Assembly: GCA_964517275.1 (NCBI GenBank)
Contig: CAZFBL010000001.1
Span: 14,144 to 78,143, forward strand
DNA length: 64,000 bases
Direction: 5' to 3'
DNA from: an uncultured Candidatus Saccharibacteria bacterium
GTDB lineage: Bacteria > Patescibacteriota > Minisyncoccia > Portnoybacterales > UBA2143
Part shown: piece by piece, positions 1 through 8,831 of the stretch
Layout: every line of letters begins with the position of its first letter
Position numbering within the stretch: position 1 is the first letter of the stretch
Position numbers and translations under genes: made by a program
The notes under the pieces: generated by a model
What the model was told of the DNA's origin: nothing
What the model saw: the letters and a program-made list of their open reading frames with translations, nothing else
Databases searched by the model: none

Positions 1-410
1 AAATACCTCCTTAAAGCGACCCTTGCCAGATTGTCTAAAGGTATGCTTAATTGTCTAGGATTTTTAAAGGTAAACTCGTCACCTTCAAGATAATCGGTAA
101 TCTGCCCTCTAATTTCACAAAGGAATATCTCTATAAGCCAACCGTGAGTTCCTTTGGGACCACCTCTGTCTCCTGGAATCGTGCCTAAAGAGAAAACTAC
201 CTTTATCTCTGTTAAACCAGCTAGTTCTTCAAGCATTTCTCGTAAAATAGCCGCCTCAGCCGTAACGTCGTCAGATTCCATGGTGCCAGTAGGCACAGTC
301 CAACATTTAGCACCTCTGTTGTGGACAAATAAAATTTCCCCTTTCTTATTTTGCAATAAGCCAGCCACGCCGGCAGCCGGCCTAAACGTCTTTCCTGTAT
401 GTATTCCCAT
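1..410 (-). CDS. Nudix-family hydrolase (3' end runs off the window; not in the ORF track)
   Basis: My translation from ATG at 410: MGIHTGKTFRPAAGVAGLLQNKKGEILFVHNRGAKCWTVPTGTMESDDVTAEAAIFREMLEELAGL..., with a Nudix-box-like G...E...REMLEE..G. The frame is open to position 3 and a GAGG SD lies upstream. Confidence 0.8.
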   Translation of the reverse strand, partial: MGIHTGKTFRPAAGVAGLLQNKKGEILFVHNRGAKCWTVPTGTMESDDVTAEAAILREMLEELAGLTEIKVVFSLGTIPGDRGGPKGTHGWLIEIFLCEIRGQITDYLEGDEFTFKNPRQLSIPLDNLARVALRRY

Positions 411-490
411 GGCAAACCTCTTTTCATTCCCAAAAGGTCTATTCTTCTAACCAAAAATTATCCAAAGAACTATTCTACTTTAATATCCTA

Positions 491-518
491 ATTATATTCT
501 TTACACCCAGCCAGTCAA
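491..518 (-). promoter_or_regulatory. sigma70-type promoter for the Nudix gene
   Basis: Minus strand TTGACT-16 nt-TATAAT, followed by boxA-like GTTCTTTGG (461-470). Confidence 0.6.
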
Positions 519-536
519 GATAATACAATAAAAACC

Positions 537-2006
537 ATGGAAATAAATCAATTCTTAGAAGAATTAAAGAAAATTAATCCTCACCTCGACTTTGACTTGA
601 TTGAGAAGGCTTGCTTCTTCGCCCAAGAAAAATATCGGGGTCTGGTCCGTCTTTCCGGTCAAACCTATTTTGCTCATTGCCTAGAGGTCGCTCTAGACTT
701 AGCTAAGATGAAATTAGACTCAACCAGCGTAGCGACCGCTGTCCTTCACGAAACCATAGAAAGAGCTGGAGTGGCTAAAGAAGAAGTTAAAAAAGAATTT
801 GGGCCGGAGATTGCTTTTTTGGTCGAAGGGGTAACCAATGTCGGTAAAATAGAACACCAGAAAGCGGCCCGAAGCATAGAGAATCTACGCAAGTTGTTCT
901 TGGTTATGGCCCAAGATGTTCGAGTCGTCATCATCAAATTAGTCAACCGTCTTCACAGTTTAAAAACACTTTCGGTCTTCCCGACAGAAAAACAAAAAAG
1001 ATTAGCGCTGGAGACTCTGGAAATTTACGCTCCTTTGGCTTATCGTTTAGGAATCGGCGAACTCAAAGGACAACTGGAAGATTTAGCTTTTGCTCACGCT
1101 TATCCTCAGGAGTATCAGAAACTGACCGGCCAAGTTAAAAATAGATATGAGCAAAGCGAAAAATACCTTAAAAAAATCATTCCTCTAGTTAAAAAAGTTT
1201 TGGTTCGAGAAGGAATCAAGGTGATTGAAATTCACGCTCGCGCTAAACACTATTATAGTCTGTACAAAAAACTGCAGCGTTATGAGATGGATTGGCACAG
1301 AATTTATGACTTAGTCGCTCTTCGAGTTATTGTCCCTGATGTTGAAAGTTGTTACGCCGCTTTAGGAATTATTCATAAGAAGTGGAAGCCGCTGATCGGC
1401 CGGATTAAGGACTATATCGCTATTTCCAAGCCTAACGGCTATCAATCTCTCCACACGACTGTCTTTTGCCAGAGCGGAAAGATTACCGAATTCCAAATCC
1501 GGACACCGGAAATGCATCGAGAAGCTGAATATGGAATTGCCGCCCATTGGTTCTACAGCGAGAAGAAAGGTTTGACTGACTATATTAAAGAAAAAATCTT
1601 AAAGCAAAAACCGAGCAAGGAACAAAAAAAAGAATTTATCTGGGTTAAGCAACTTCAAGAATGGCAGAAAGATGGGTTTGACTCGACTAAAGATTTTCTT
1701 GATTCCTTAAAAATAGATTTTTTGAAAGACCGCATCTTCGTTTTTACTCCTAAAGGCGATGTTATTGACTTACCCGAGGGAGCCACCCCGATTGACTTTG
1801 CCTATCAAGTCCATACCGATATCGGGCACCAGTGCACCGGAGCCAAGGTAGACGGCAAACTCAGTTCGCTTTCCCAGCCGCTACGAAATGGCCAGGTAGT
1901 TGAAATTATTATCCAGAAAAACAAAAAGCCAAAGAGAGATTGGCTTGATTTTGTCAAAACTAACCTAGCTAGAGAGAGAATCAGAGCAGCTCTAAAAAAA
2001 GATTAG
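537..2006 (+). CDS. RelA/SpoT homologue (HD-like + synthetase + TGS; no ACT domain)
   Basis: ETLEIYAPLAYRLG, DLVALRVIV, GRIKDY, NGYQSLHT, EFQIRT, AEYGIAAHW and TGS motif FVFTPKG...DFAY. Hydrolase motifs are degenerate. Confidence 0.95.
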   Translation: MEINQFLEELKKINPHLDFDLIEKACFFAQEKYRGLVRLSGQTYFAHCLEVALDLAKMKLDSTSVATAVLHETIERAGVAKEEVKKEFGPEIAFLVEGVTNVGKIEHQKAARSIENLRKLFLVMAQDVRVVIIKLVNRLHSLKTLSVFPTEKQKRLALETLEIYAPLAYRLGIGELKGQLEDLAFAHAYPQEYQKLTGQVKNRYEQSEKYLKKIIPLVKKVLVREGIKVIEIHARAKHYYSLYKKLQRYEMDWHRIYDLVALRVIVPDVESCYAALGIIHKKWKPLIGRIKDYIAISKPNGYQSLHTTVFCQSGKITEFQIRTPEMHREAEYGIAAHWFYSEKKGLTDYIKEKILKQKPSKEQKKEFIWVKQLQEWQKDGFDSTKDFLDSLKIDFLKDRIFVFTPKGDVIDLPEGATPIDFAYQVHTDIGHQCTGAKVDGKLSSLSQPLRNGQVVEIIIQKNKKPKRDWLDFVKTNLARERIRAALKKD

Positions 2007-2011
2007 TTACT

Positions 2012-2917
2012 TTAGAATTTTAACAAATAGTTAACCAATTTATCTAATTCTTTTTGGTCGGTAAATTCAATCCTTAAATAACCGTGACCTTCCCTTTGAG
2101 TAATACTAACCCGCCGGCCCAAGGCCTCAGTCAGGCCTTTTTCTTTTTCCTTAAAAAGAATATTTTTCGGACCGCTAGCATAAGGTCTAGGAACAGCCAA
2201 CTGCCTCGCTTTTTCTTCGGCTCCTCGAACATCTAAATTTCCTCTAATAATCGCTTGGTAGATAGAAGAACGGGCAGCCGGTTTAGCCATTAGAATAGCC
2301 CGGCCATGTCCTTCGCTAATTCGCCCGCCAGCCAGCGCTTTTTGGGCCTGCGGCGGCAAGGTTAATAATCTTAAAGTATTAGTTACCGTCACCCGACTTT
2401 TGCCTACCTTTTGAGCAATCTGGCTGTGTTTTAATTTAAAATCCTGATGGAGTTGCTTAAAGGCCCGAGCCGCTTCCATCGGATTGAGATTTTCTCTTTG
2501 GAGATTTTCGACCAAGGCTAACTCTAATTTTTCGTAAGCCGAGCTGTCCCGAATAATGACCGGCACTTGAGGCAGGCCGACCATTTTGGCCGCTCGCCAT
2601 CTCCGCTCGCCGGCCACCAGTTCATATTCCACCTGACGTCCCCAGTCAGTCGAGCGCTCAATCTTAGTGACAATCAATGGCTGAAGAATACCGTGTTCTC
2701 TGATAGAACCAGACATCTCTTTTAAGCCCTCCTCGGACATCTCCTTCCGCGGCTGATGAGGGTTAGGTTTAATCTTATCAATTTCCACATTAAAAATACT
2801 CTCCTTCTTCGGCTCCAACCAGCTTTTTTTCCGGCTGCCATTGGTAAGCAGTTGAGCCATCTTTGGCTCTTTTTTAGGAATAAGCGATTGTAGGCCTTTG
2901 CCTAAAGTTTTTCTCAT
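2012..2917 (-). CDS. parB: ParB/Spo0J chromosome partitioning protein
   Basis: LGKGL N-terminus, PNPHQPRK, GILQP, AGERRWRA, ENLQRENL and an HTH region. Confidence 0.95.
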   Translation of the reverse strand: MRKTLGKGLQSLIPKKEPKMAQLLTNGSRKKSWLEPKKESIFNVEIDKIKPNPHQPRKEMSEEGLKEMSGSIREHGILQPLIVTKIERSTDWGRQVEYELVAGERRWRAAKMVGLPQVPVIIRDSSAYEKLELALVENLQRENLNPMEAARAFKQLHQDFKLKHSQIAQKVGKSRVTVTNTLRLLTLPPQAQKALAGGRISEGHGRAILMAKPAARSSIYQAIIRGNLDVRGAEEKARQLAVPRPYASGPKNILFKEKEKGLTEALGRRVSITQREGHGYLRIEFTDQKELDKLVNYLLKF

Positions 2918-2928
2918 AATTTTTAAAC

Positions 2929-2972
2929 CTATTGAAGTCTGTTAAAGTCAGTCTTCAACAGAACTTCAACAG
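2929..2972. repeat. Short palindromic repeat (2x CTGTTGAAG-like, then 2x CTTCAACAG)
   Basis: ctattgaagt-ctgttaaagt-cagt-cttcaacag-aa-cttcaacag between parA and parB. Confidence 0.5.
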
Positions 2973-2988
2973 AAATGACCTTACTTTT

Positions 2989-3753
2989 TTATTCCTCTAA
3001 CTTAATTATTTCCTGGGCTAATTGCCGATAGGCCCGCGCCCCCCTGGAATGCGGGTCATATTGAAGAATCGACTGACCAAAGCTGGGCGCCTCGGCTAAT
3101 CTGACACAACGAGGGATAATAGCCTCAAAAACATAGCTATTAAAATTTCTTTCCATTTCTTTGCGAACCTGACGGGAAAGTTTATTGCGACGGTCATACA
3201 TAGTCAATAGAGCGCCTTTAATTTTAGTCGGGCTATTCAGATTTTCCTGAACTAATTCAACTGTTCTTAAAAGCTGGCCCAATCCTTCCAAAGCGTAATA
3301 TTCGCACTGAACCGGAATAATTACCTGGTCGGCGGCTACCAAGCCGTTGATGGTCAAGAGGCCTAAGCTAGGCGGGCAATCAACCAAGATATAGTCATAA
3401 TCTGTTCTGATTCGGCGGAGCAATTCATAAAGCTTGAATTCCCGATTGGCTTGAGAAACCAATTCAACGGTCGCCCCGGCCAAATCAGAAGAAGCCGGCA
3501 TTACGTCGCAGCCAAAAGAAGCAGTCCGCCGAATTATTTCTTCCGGCAACAGACCACCGATTAAAGAATGATATAGATTCAAAGGAACATTTTGAGGATC
3601 AAGGCCAATACCGGAAGTGGCATTAGCCTGCGGGTCAATATCAACTAAAAGAACGTACTTACCCAGAGCGGCTAAGTAACCAGATAAATTGATGGCCGTA
3701 GTTGATTTTCCAACACCGCCTTTTTGATTAACCAAGCTGATTATTTGAGCCAT
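2989..3753 (-). CDS. parA: ParA/Soj ATPase (start moved to the MAQIIS ATG)
   Basis: NQKGGVGKSTT deviant Walker A, DIDPQANAT, DCPPSLG, PVQCEYYALEG, EAPSFG. Confidence 0.95.
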   Translation of the reverse strand: MAQIISLVNQKGGVGKSTTAINLSGYLAALGKYVLLVDIDPQANATSGIGLDPQNVPLNLYHSLIGGLLPEEIIRRTASFGCDVMPASSDLAGATVELVSQANREFKLYELLRRIRTDYDYILVDCPPSLGLLTINGLVAADQVIIPVQCEYYALEGLGQLLRTVELVQENLNSPTKIKGALLTMYDRRNKLSRQVRKEMERNFNSYVFEAIIPRCVRLAEAPSFGQSILQYDPHSRGARAYRQLAQEIIKLEE

Positions 3754-3784
3754 GTTTAATATATTATACTCCAATTTTTTCTAA

Positions 3785-3813
3785 TTGACAATAAGGTAAT
3801 TTTAAGAGAGAAT
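3785..3813 (+). promoter_or_regulatory. tRNA promoter
   Basis: TTGACA-17 nt-GAGAAT ending 9 nt before the tRNA. Confidence 0.6.
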
Positions 3814-3821
3814 AAAAATAA

Positions 3822-3908
3822 GCCGAAGTGGTGAAATTGGAAAACACGCAGCACTCAAAATGCTGTGGGCGCAAGCCCTTGTGGGTTCGAGTCCCACCTT
3901 CGGCACCA
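3822..3908 (+). tRNA. tRNA-Leu(CAA)
   Basis: GCCGAAG/CTTCGGC acceptor stem, CAGCA-CTCAAAA-TGCTG anticodon arm, long variable arm, GTTCGAGT T-loop, encoded CCA. Confidence 0.97.
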
Positions 3909-3910
3909 TT

Positions 3911-3942
3911 AAAAATCCCCCGCCATACTACGAGGGATTTTT
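3911..3942. terminator. Bidirectional intrinsic terminator
   Basis: AAAAATCCC...GGGATTTTT between the convergent tRNA and tsaC. Confidence 0.6.
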
Positions 3943-4585
3943 ATATCTTCAACAGTTTCAATAAATCTTTTTTGCTGGCCGGGCCGACCCGCGAAATCTT
4001 CGGCTGTTGGCCGGTTAAATCCAAAATGGTTGATGGCTGATTATTCGGCAATTGACCGGCGTCCAAGATTAAATCTGGCCGGGGATAGGCCTTGTCAAAA
4101 ATTTTAACAACTTCAGCGGCCGAACTTAAAGGCGGCTGGCCGGAAAAATTAGCCGAAGTAGCCGTCAGCGGCTCTTCCAGCTCAGCCATTAAAGTTCGGG
4201 CTAAGCGGCAATCAGCAATGCGTAAACCGATTGTCTTTTTGCCGGCCGTTAAAAAATCGGGAACAATTTCCCGCTTTTTCAAAATAACCGTCACCGGACC
4301 AGGCCAGATAGCCGCTAGCACTTTCTCCGTTCGCCGGTCAACAAAAGCCAATTCTTTAGCCATCGCCAAGTCGCGAACAATGACCGGAACCGGTTTCGTG
4401 GCCGGCCTTTTTTTGATTTTAAAAAGCCGCTCAACGGCCGGCTCTCTCAAGGCATTAACCCCTAAACCATAAACTGTATCAGTCGGGTAAACGACTGCTC
4501 CGTTTCTTTGAACGACGGTTATCGTCTTCTGAATAATTTCCGAACTCGGTAAATCGGTTGATAAATCGATTTTAATAATTTCCAT
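3941..4585 (-). CDS. tsaC: L-threonylcarbamoyladenylate synthase (TsaC/YrdC/Sua5 family)
   Basis: YPTDTVYGL, KKRP, WPGPVT, TATSANFSG, PSTILDL. Confidence 0.93.
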   Translation of the reverse strand: MEIIKIDLSTDLPSSEIIQKTITVVQRNGAVVYPTDTVYGLGVNALREPAVERLFKIKKRPATKPVPVIVRDLAMAKELAFVDRRTEKVLAAIWPGPVTVILKKREIVPDFLTAGKKTIGLRIADCRLARTLMAELEEPLTATSANFSGQPPLSSAAEVVKIFDKAYPRPDLILDAGQLPNNQPSTILDLTGQQPKISRVGPASKKDLLKLLKI

Positions 4586-4588
4586 TAT

Positions 4589-6991
4589 CTAAACAACTAA
4601 ATTAACTAAGCGGTTGGGAATATATATCACTTTTTCCGGCTTCTTACCAGCTAACCACTTCTTAACTTTCTCTTGAGAGAGAGCCAATTTTTTAACCTCT
4701 TCCTCGCTAATACCTTTTTTAACTTCTATTTTATCCCTGACCTTGCCGTTGACTTGAATAATCAACTGCCAGCTTTCTTCTTCAGATAATTTCTGGTCAG
4801 CTTGGGGCCATTTTTCTAAAAAGATACTCTTCTGATGGCCCAGTTTTTCCCATAATTCCTCGGATAAATGAGGAGCCAGTGGGGCTAGCAAATAAAGGAA
4901 GATTTCCGCTTCCTTTTTGGCCAGAATTTGCTTGTCGGCAACCCAAAGATTAGTAAATTCCATAAAAGAGGCAACGGCTGTGTTAAATTTCATCGCCTCT
5001 AAATCGCCGCTAACCTTCTTAATTAATTGATGGATTTTGGATAATAATTCTTTACTAGTCTGCGAGCCGATTTTCTGCTGGTCATCGAATATTTGCCAAA
5101 TTCGATTAAGGAAACGATAGCAGCCTTGGACTCCTTCGGTGCTCCAATTAATCATTTGAGCAAAAGGGCCCATAAACATTTCATAAATTCTCAAAGTATC
5201 GGCTCCGTACTCGCTTACGACATCATCTGGCCGAATAACATTGCCGAAACTCTTACTCATTTTCCGCCCATCTTCAGCTAAAACCACTCCGTGAGAATAA
5301 CGACGCTGATAAGGTTCAATGGTTGGCACTATTTTCAGGTCATATAAAAATTTATGCCAGAAGCGGGAATAAAGTAAATGGAGAGTGGTATGTTCCATGC
5401 CGCCATTATACAAATCAACCGGCAACCAGTATTTTAATTTTTTAAAATCAGCCAATTCTTTATCATTTTTCGGGTCAAGGTATCTCAAAAAATACCAAGA
5501 TGAACCGGCCCAATTAGGCATAGTATCAGTTTCTCTATGGGCTGACCGGCCGCACTTCGGACATTTGGTTTCCACCCAATCTTTAATTTTAGCCAAAGGA
5601 GACTGGCCGGTCTCGCTCGGCTGATATTTTTCAACCGGCGGCAATTTCACCGGTAAATCCTTATCCGGTACGGCCACCGCCCCGCATTTCGGACAATGAA
5701 TAATCGGAATCGGCTCGCCCCAATAATGCTGGCGGGAAAATATCCAATCGCGTAGTTTGTACTGAATTGTTTTTCGGCCTGATTTGTTCTTGGCCAGCCA
5801 CTCGGTAATCTTTTTAATCGCCTCTTGAGAAGACAAGCCGTTAAACCGGTCAGAATTAACTAATTGGCCATATTCGGTGTAGGGCTCTTCAGAAATGTTC
5901 CCGCCGCTAATGACTTCTCGAATCTCCAGACCATATTTTTTAGCAAAAGCATAATCTCTTTTGTCATGAGCCGGGACAATCATGACCGCCCCGCCGCCAT
6001 AAGTGGCAATCACGTAATCACTGACCCAAATCGGTATTTTTTCCTGATTAATCGGATTCAAACAATAGGAACCGAGAAAAACACCGGTCTTTTCCTTATC
6101 TAATTGAGTTCTCTCAAACTCGCTTTTCTTTTTGGAAGCCAAGACGTATTTTTTAACCTCTTCTTTATGTTCTGGGCTGGTTAACTTATCCAATAAAGGG
6201 TGCTCGGGAGCGATAATCATAGCGGTGATGCCGAAAATAGTATCAACTCGGGTAGTAAAAACAGTAATCATATCCTTTGAATCAACGACCGGGAAATTAA
6301 TTTCGGTACCATAACTGCGGCCAATCCAGTTAATCTGTTGTCTTTTAATTTTTTCCAAATAATCAACTTTTTCCAAATCGTCAATTAACCGGTCAGCATA
6401 GGCGGTGATTTTAAGCATCCATTGCTTAAGAGTTCTCTGCTCGGTCTGAGCCCCACAGCGCTCGCATTTGCCGCCGATAACTTCTTCGTTGGCTAAACCG
6501 ATTTTACAGCTGGGACACCAGTTAATCGGCATTTCCGACTGATAAGCCAAACCTTTTTTGAAAAACTGGAGGAATATCCACTGGGACCAACGGTAATACT
6601 TCGGGTCGGTCGTGTTAATCTCCCGTGACCAATCAAAAGAAAGACCTAAGGAATTCATCTGTTTTTTAAAAACCTTAATGTTATCTTCAGTCACTTTGGC
6701 TGGATGAATGCCGGTCTTGATGGCGTAATTTTCGGTCGGCAAACCAAAAGCGTCCCAGCCCATCGGATAGAGCACATTAAAACCTTCCATTCTTTTCTTA
6801 CGAGCCAGGGCGTCTAAGGCCACGTAACTGCGAACGTGGCCAACGTGGAGGCCATCGCCCGAAGGATAGGGGAATTCAACCATCAGATATTTCTTTGGTT
6901 TTTTGGAAAAATCCTCGGCCTGGTAGATTTTCTGCTTAGCCCATTTCTGCTGCCATTTTTTTTCAATTTTCTGCGGATTATATTTAGACAT
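4589..6991 (-). CDS. leuS: Leucine--tRNA ligase
   Basis: FPYPSG-LHVGH, GWDAFGLP, editing-domain TTR, KMSKS. Confidence 0.97.
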   Translation of the reverse strand: MSKYNPQKIEKKWQQKWAKQKIYQAEDFSKKPKKYLMVEFPYPSGDGLHVGHVRSYVALDALARKKRMEGFNVLYPMGWDAFGLPTENYAIKTGIHPAKVTEDNIKVFKKQMNSLGLSFDWSREINTTDPKYYRWSQWIFLQFFKKGLAYQSEMPINWCPSCKIGLANEEVIGGKCERCGAQTEQRTLKQWMLKITAYADRLIDDLEKVDYLEKIKRQQINWIGRSYGTEINFPVVDSKDMITVFTTRVDTIFGITAMIIAPEHPLLDKLTSPEHKEEVKKYVLASKKKSEFERTQLDKEKTGVFLGSYCLNPINQEKIPIWVSDYVIATYGGGAVMIVPAHDKRDYAFAKKYGLEIREVISGGNISEEPYTEYGQLVNSDRFNGLSSQEAIKKITEWLAKNKSGRKTIQYKLRDWIFSRQHYWGEPIPIIHCPKCGAVAVPDKDLPVKLPPVEKYQPSETGQSPLAKIKDWVETKCPKCGRSAHRETDTMPNWAGSSWYFLRYLDPKNDKELADFKKLKYWLPVDLYNGGMEHTTLHLLYSRFWHKFLYDLKIVPTIEPYQRRYSHGVVLAEDGRKMSKSFGNVIRPDDVVSEYGADTLRIYEMFMGPFAQMINWSTEGVQGCYRFLNRIWQIFDDQQKIGSQTSKELLSKIHQLIKKVSGDLEAMKFNTAVASFMEFTNLWVADKQILAKKEAEIFLYLLAPLAPHLSEELWEKLGHQKSIFLEKWPQADQKLSEEESWQLIIQVNGKVRDKIEVKKGISEEEVKKLALSQEKVKKWLAGKKPEKVIYIPNRLVNLVV

Positions 6992-6992
6992 G

Positions 6993-7856
6993 TTAAATAT
7001 TAAATAATTCCCGGGCGCTTTTAGTTGTTTGTCCGGCCACCTCGGCTAACTTTATTCCCTTAATCTCGGCAATTTTCTCGGCAACCAGCTTAACGTAAAG
7101 CGGTTCGTTACGTTTACTCCGATGAGGAAACGGGGTTAGATAAGGACAATCGGTTTCTAATAAAATTCTATCTAAGGGAAGATTTTTAATAACCTTGTCA
7201 TAATCGCGAGCGTAAGTGATTAAACCATTAAATCCGAAATAAAAGCCCATACTCATTAATTTTTCGGCCTGCGACCAGCGGCCCATAAAGCAATGAAGCA
7301 CTCCCCTAATCTTTTTATTACCGGCACCCGGACAACTAAAAGGACAATTAAGACAGCTATTTGACAAACAGTCTAAAATTTCAATCAAATCATCATAAGC
7401 CTTGCGGCAATGAAAAATTACCGGCTTATCTGTTTGTTGGGCCAATTCTAACTGTTCCAATAAAACTTGCTTTTGCTTATCCTTAGCTTCCTGACTGATT
7501 CCATCGCCATATTCCAAACCGATTTCGCCCATAGCTATCGCCTTAGGATTAGCCAATAGTTTCTGGTATTTTTCCGGCTCAAACTCTTCCAATTCCCGAC
7601 TTTCATCTTGAGCGCCTCTGTCTTGTTCAAGATTATCCTGATGAACGTGGCTGGGGTGAATGCCAACGGCTGCATAAACTCCCTCTTTATATTTTTGAGC
7701 ATATTCAACCGCCCGCCGGCTGGTACTATATTGAGCGCCAACATTAACTAGCCAGACATTTTCCTTCAAGGTCCGTTTGATTACCTGGTCGCCATCTTCT
7801 TTATAAGCGTTAAAATTAATATGAGCGTGGCTGTCAATTAAAAAAGGCTTAGCCAT
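6993..7856 (-). CDS. TatD family nuclease
   Basis: DSHAH, GIHP, GEIGL, HCR, HCF, ETDCP. Carries a Cys-rich insert. Confidence 0.93.
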   Translation of the reverse strand: MAKPFLIDSHAHINFNAYKEDGDQVIKRTLKENVWLVNVGAQYSTSRRAVEYAQKYKEGVYAAVGIHPSHVHQDNLEQDRGAQDESRELEEFEPEKYQKLLANPKAIAMGEIGLEYGDGISQEAKDKQKQVLLEQLELAQQTDKPVIFHCRKAYDDLIEILDCLSNSCLNCPFSCPGAGNKKIRGVLHCFMGRWSQAEKLMSMGFYFGFNGLITYARDYDKVIKNLPLDRILLETDCPYLTPFPHRSKRNEPLYVKLVAEKIAEIKGIKLAEVAGQTTKSARELFNI

Positions 7857-7937
7857 ATTTAAAAATATAATAGCTTATTTGATGACTCTTTTCAAGTGAT
7901 AGATTATATTATAAGATGAGTTGGAACAACTTGTTTT

Positions 7938-8684
7938 ATGGCTGACTATATTTTTTTAGGCGTTCTTCAGGGAATATTTGAATGGATTCCCATTTCCAGC
8001 GAGGGCATTGTCGCTCTGGCCAGTCATTTTTTAATTGAAGAAATTAATCCGATTGATATTGCCTTATTTTTACATCTAGGCACTTTTTTAGCTGTACTCA
8101 TTTATTTCAGAAAAGACTGGCTGGAAATTCTTTCGTTTAAAAATCTTCCCCTGCTCCGTTTTCTAATTATTGCCACCCTTATTTCTTTGGCTGTCGGCTA
8201 CCCTTTTTATAAAATGATCAGCCAAGCAACCAGCGGAGCCATTCTCTTATTCATTGTCGGCCTGGGTTTATTGCTAACTGCCCAAGCTCACAAATTCAAA
8301 AAGTCATTTAGTTTAGGTTCAGCCAAAAATCTAAATAAATTGGCTGTTTTGACCGGCTTTTTACAAGGTCTGGCTGTTATTCCCGGTCTTTCCCGTTCTG
8401 GAGCAACCATTTTTGGTCTGTCTTTAGGCCAGTTATCGCCAAGACAAATTCTCAAAATATCCTACATAATGTCCGCTCCTTTGGTTTTGGTTTCCAGCGC
8501 TTATCTTTTTTGGCAGAATCACCTTCTAATAGCTGGTTGGCCCTCGCTGGCGGCCAGTTTTCTGGTTGGCCTGGCCAGTTTATCTCTTTTAATGAAATTG
8601 GCTGAAAAAATAAACTTCTATCGTTTCGCTTTGATTTTCGCCTTACTTTGTTTTATGGGCGGCTTCATCGGTTTAGTTATTTAA
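7938..8684 (+). CDS. uppP: Undecaprenyl-diphosphate phosphatase (BacA/UppP)
   Basis: QGIFEWIPISSEG, LHLGT, PGLSRSGATI; polytopic membrane protein. Confidence 0.92.
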   Translation: MADYIFLGVLQGIFEWIPISSEGIVALASHFLIEEINPIDIALFLHLGTFLAVLIYFRKDWLEILSFKNLPLLRFLIIATLISLAVGYPFYKMISQATSGAILLFIVGLGLLLTAQAHKFKKSFSLGSAKNLNKLAVLTGFLQGLAVIPGLSRSGATIFGLSLGQLSPRQILKISYIMSAPLVLVSSAYLFWQNHLLIAGWPSLAASFLVGLASLSLLMKLAEKINFYRFALIFALLCFMGGFIGLVI

Positions 8685-8712
8685 AAAACAGGCCGAGACC
8701 GGCCTGTTTTTT
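8683..8712. terminator. Bidirectional terminator between uppP and metG
   Basis: AAAAAACAGGCCG-AGAC-CGGCCTGTTTTTT perfect hairpin with A and T tails. Confidence 0.75.
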
Positions 8713-8798
8713 AGGAAAAGGCCTGGCCTTGCCCAACTCAGACTGTAATTACTAGTTAGTTCTGAAAATTTTAGCCGGAAAGGCCAGGCCTTTTCCTA
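8712..8798. mobile_element. 87-bp MITE/REPIN-like element, copy 1
   Basis: Perfect 19-bp terminal inverted repeats (TAGGAAAAGGCCTGGCCTT), flanked by the 12-bp direct repeat CGGCCTGTTTTT. A homologous copy lies at 56211-56291. Confidence 0.75.
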
Positions 8799-8831
8799 CG
8801 GCCTGTTTTTAAAAATGAAACTATAAAGGAT

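Noticed and set aside
154-454. Track ORFs 154-450 (+) and 221-454 (-)
   Set aside because: They are shadows of the Nudix gene in another minus-strand frame, which has the motif, SD and promoter.
3828-4040. 70-aa ORF
   Set aside because: It overlaps tRNA-Leu, its terminator and the tsaC 3' end.
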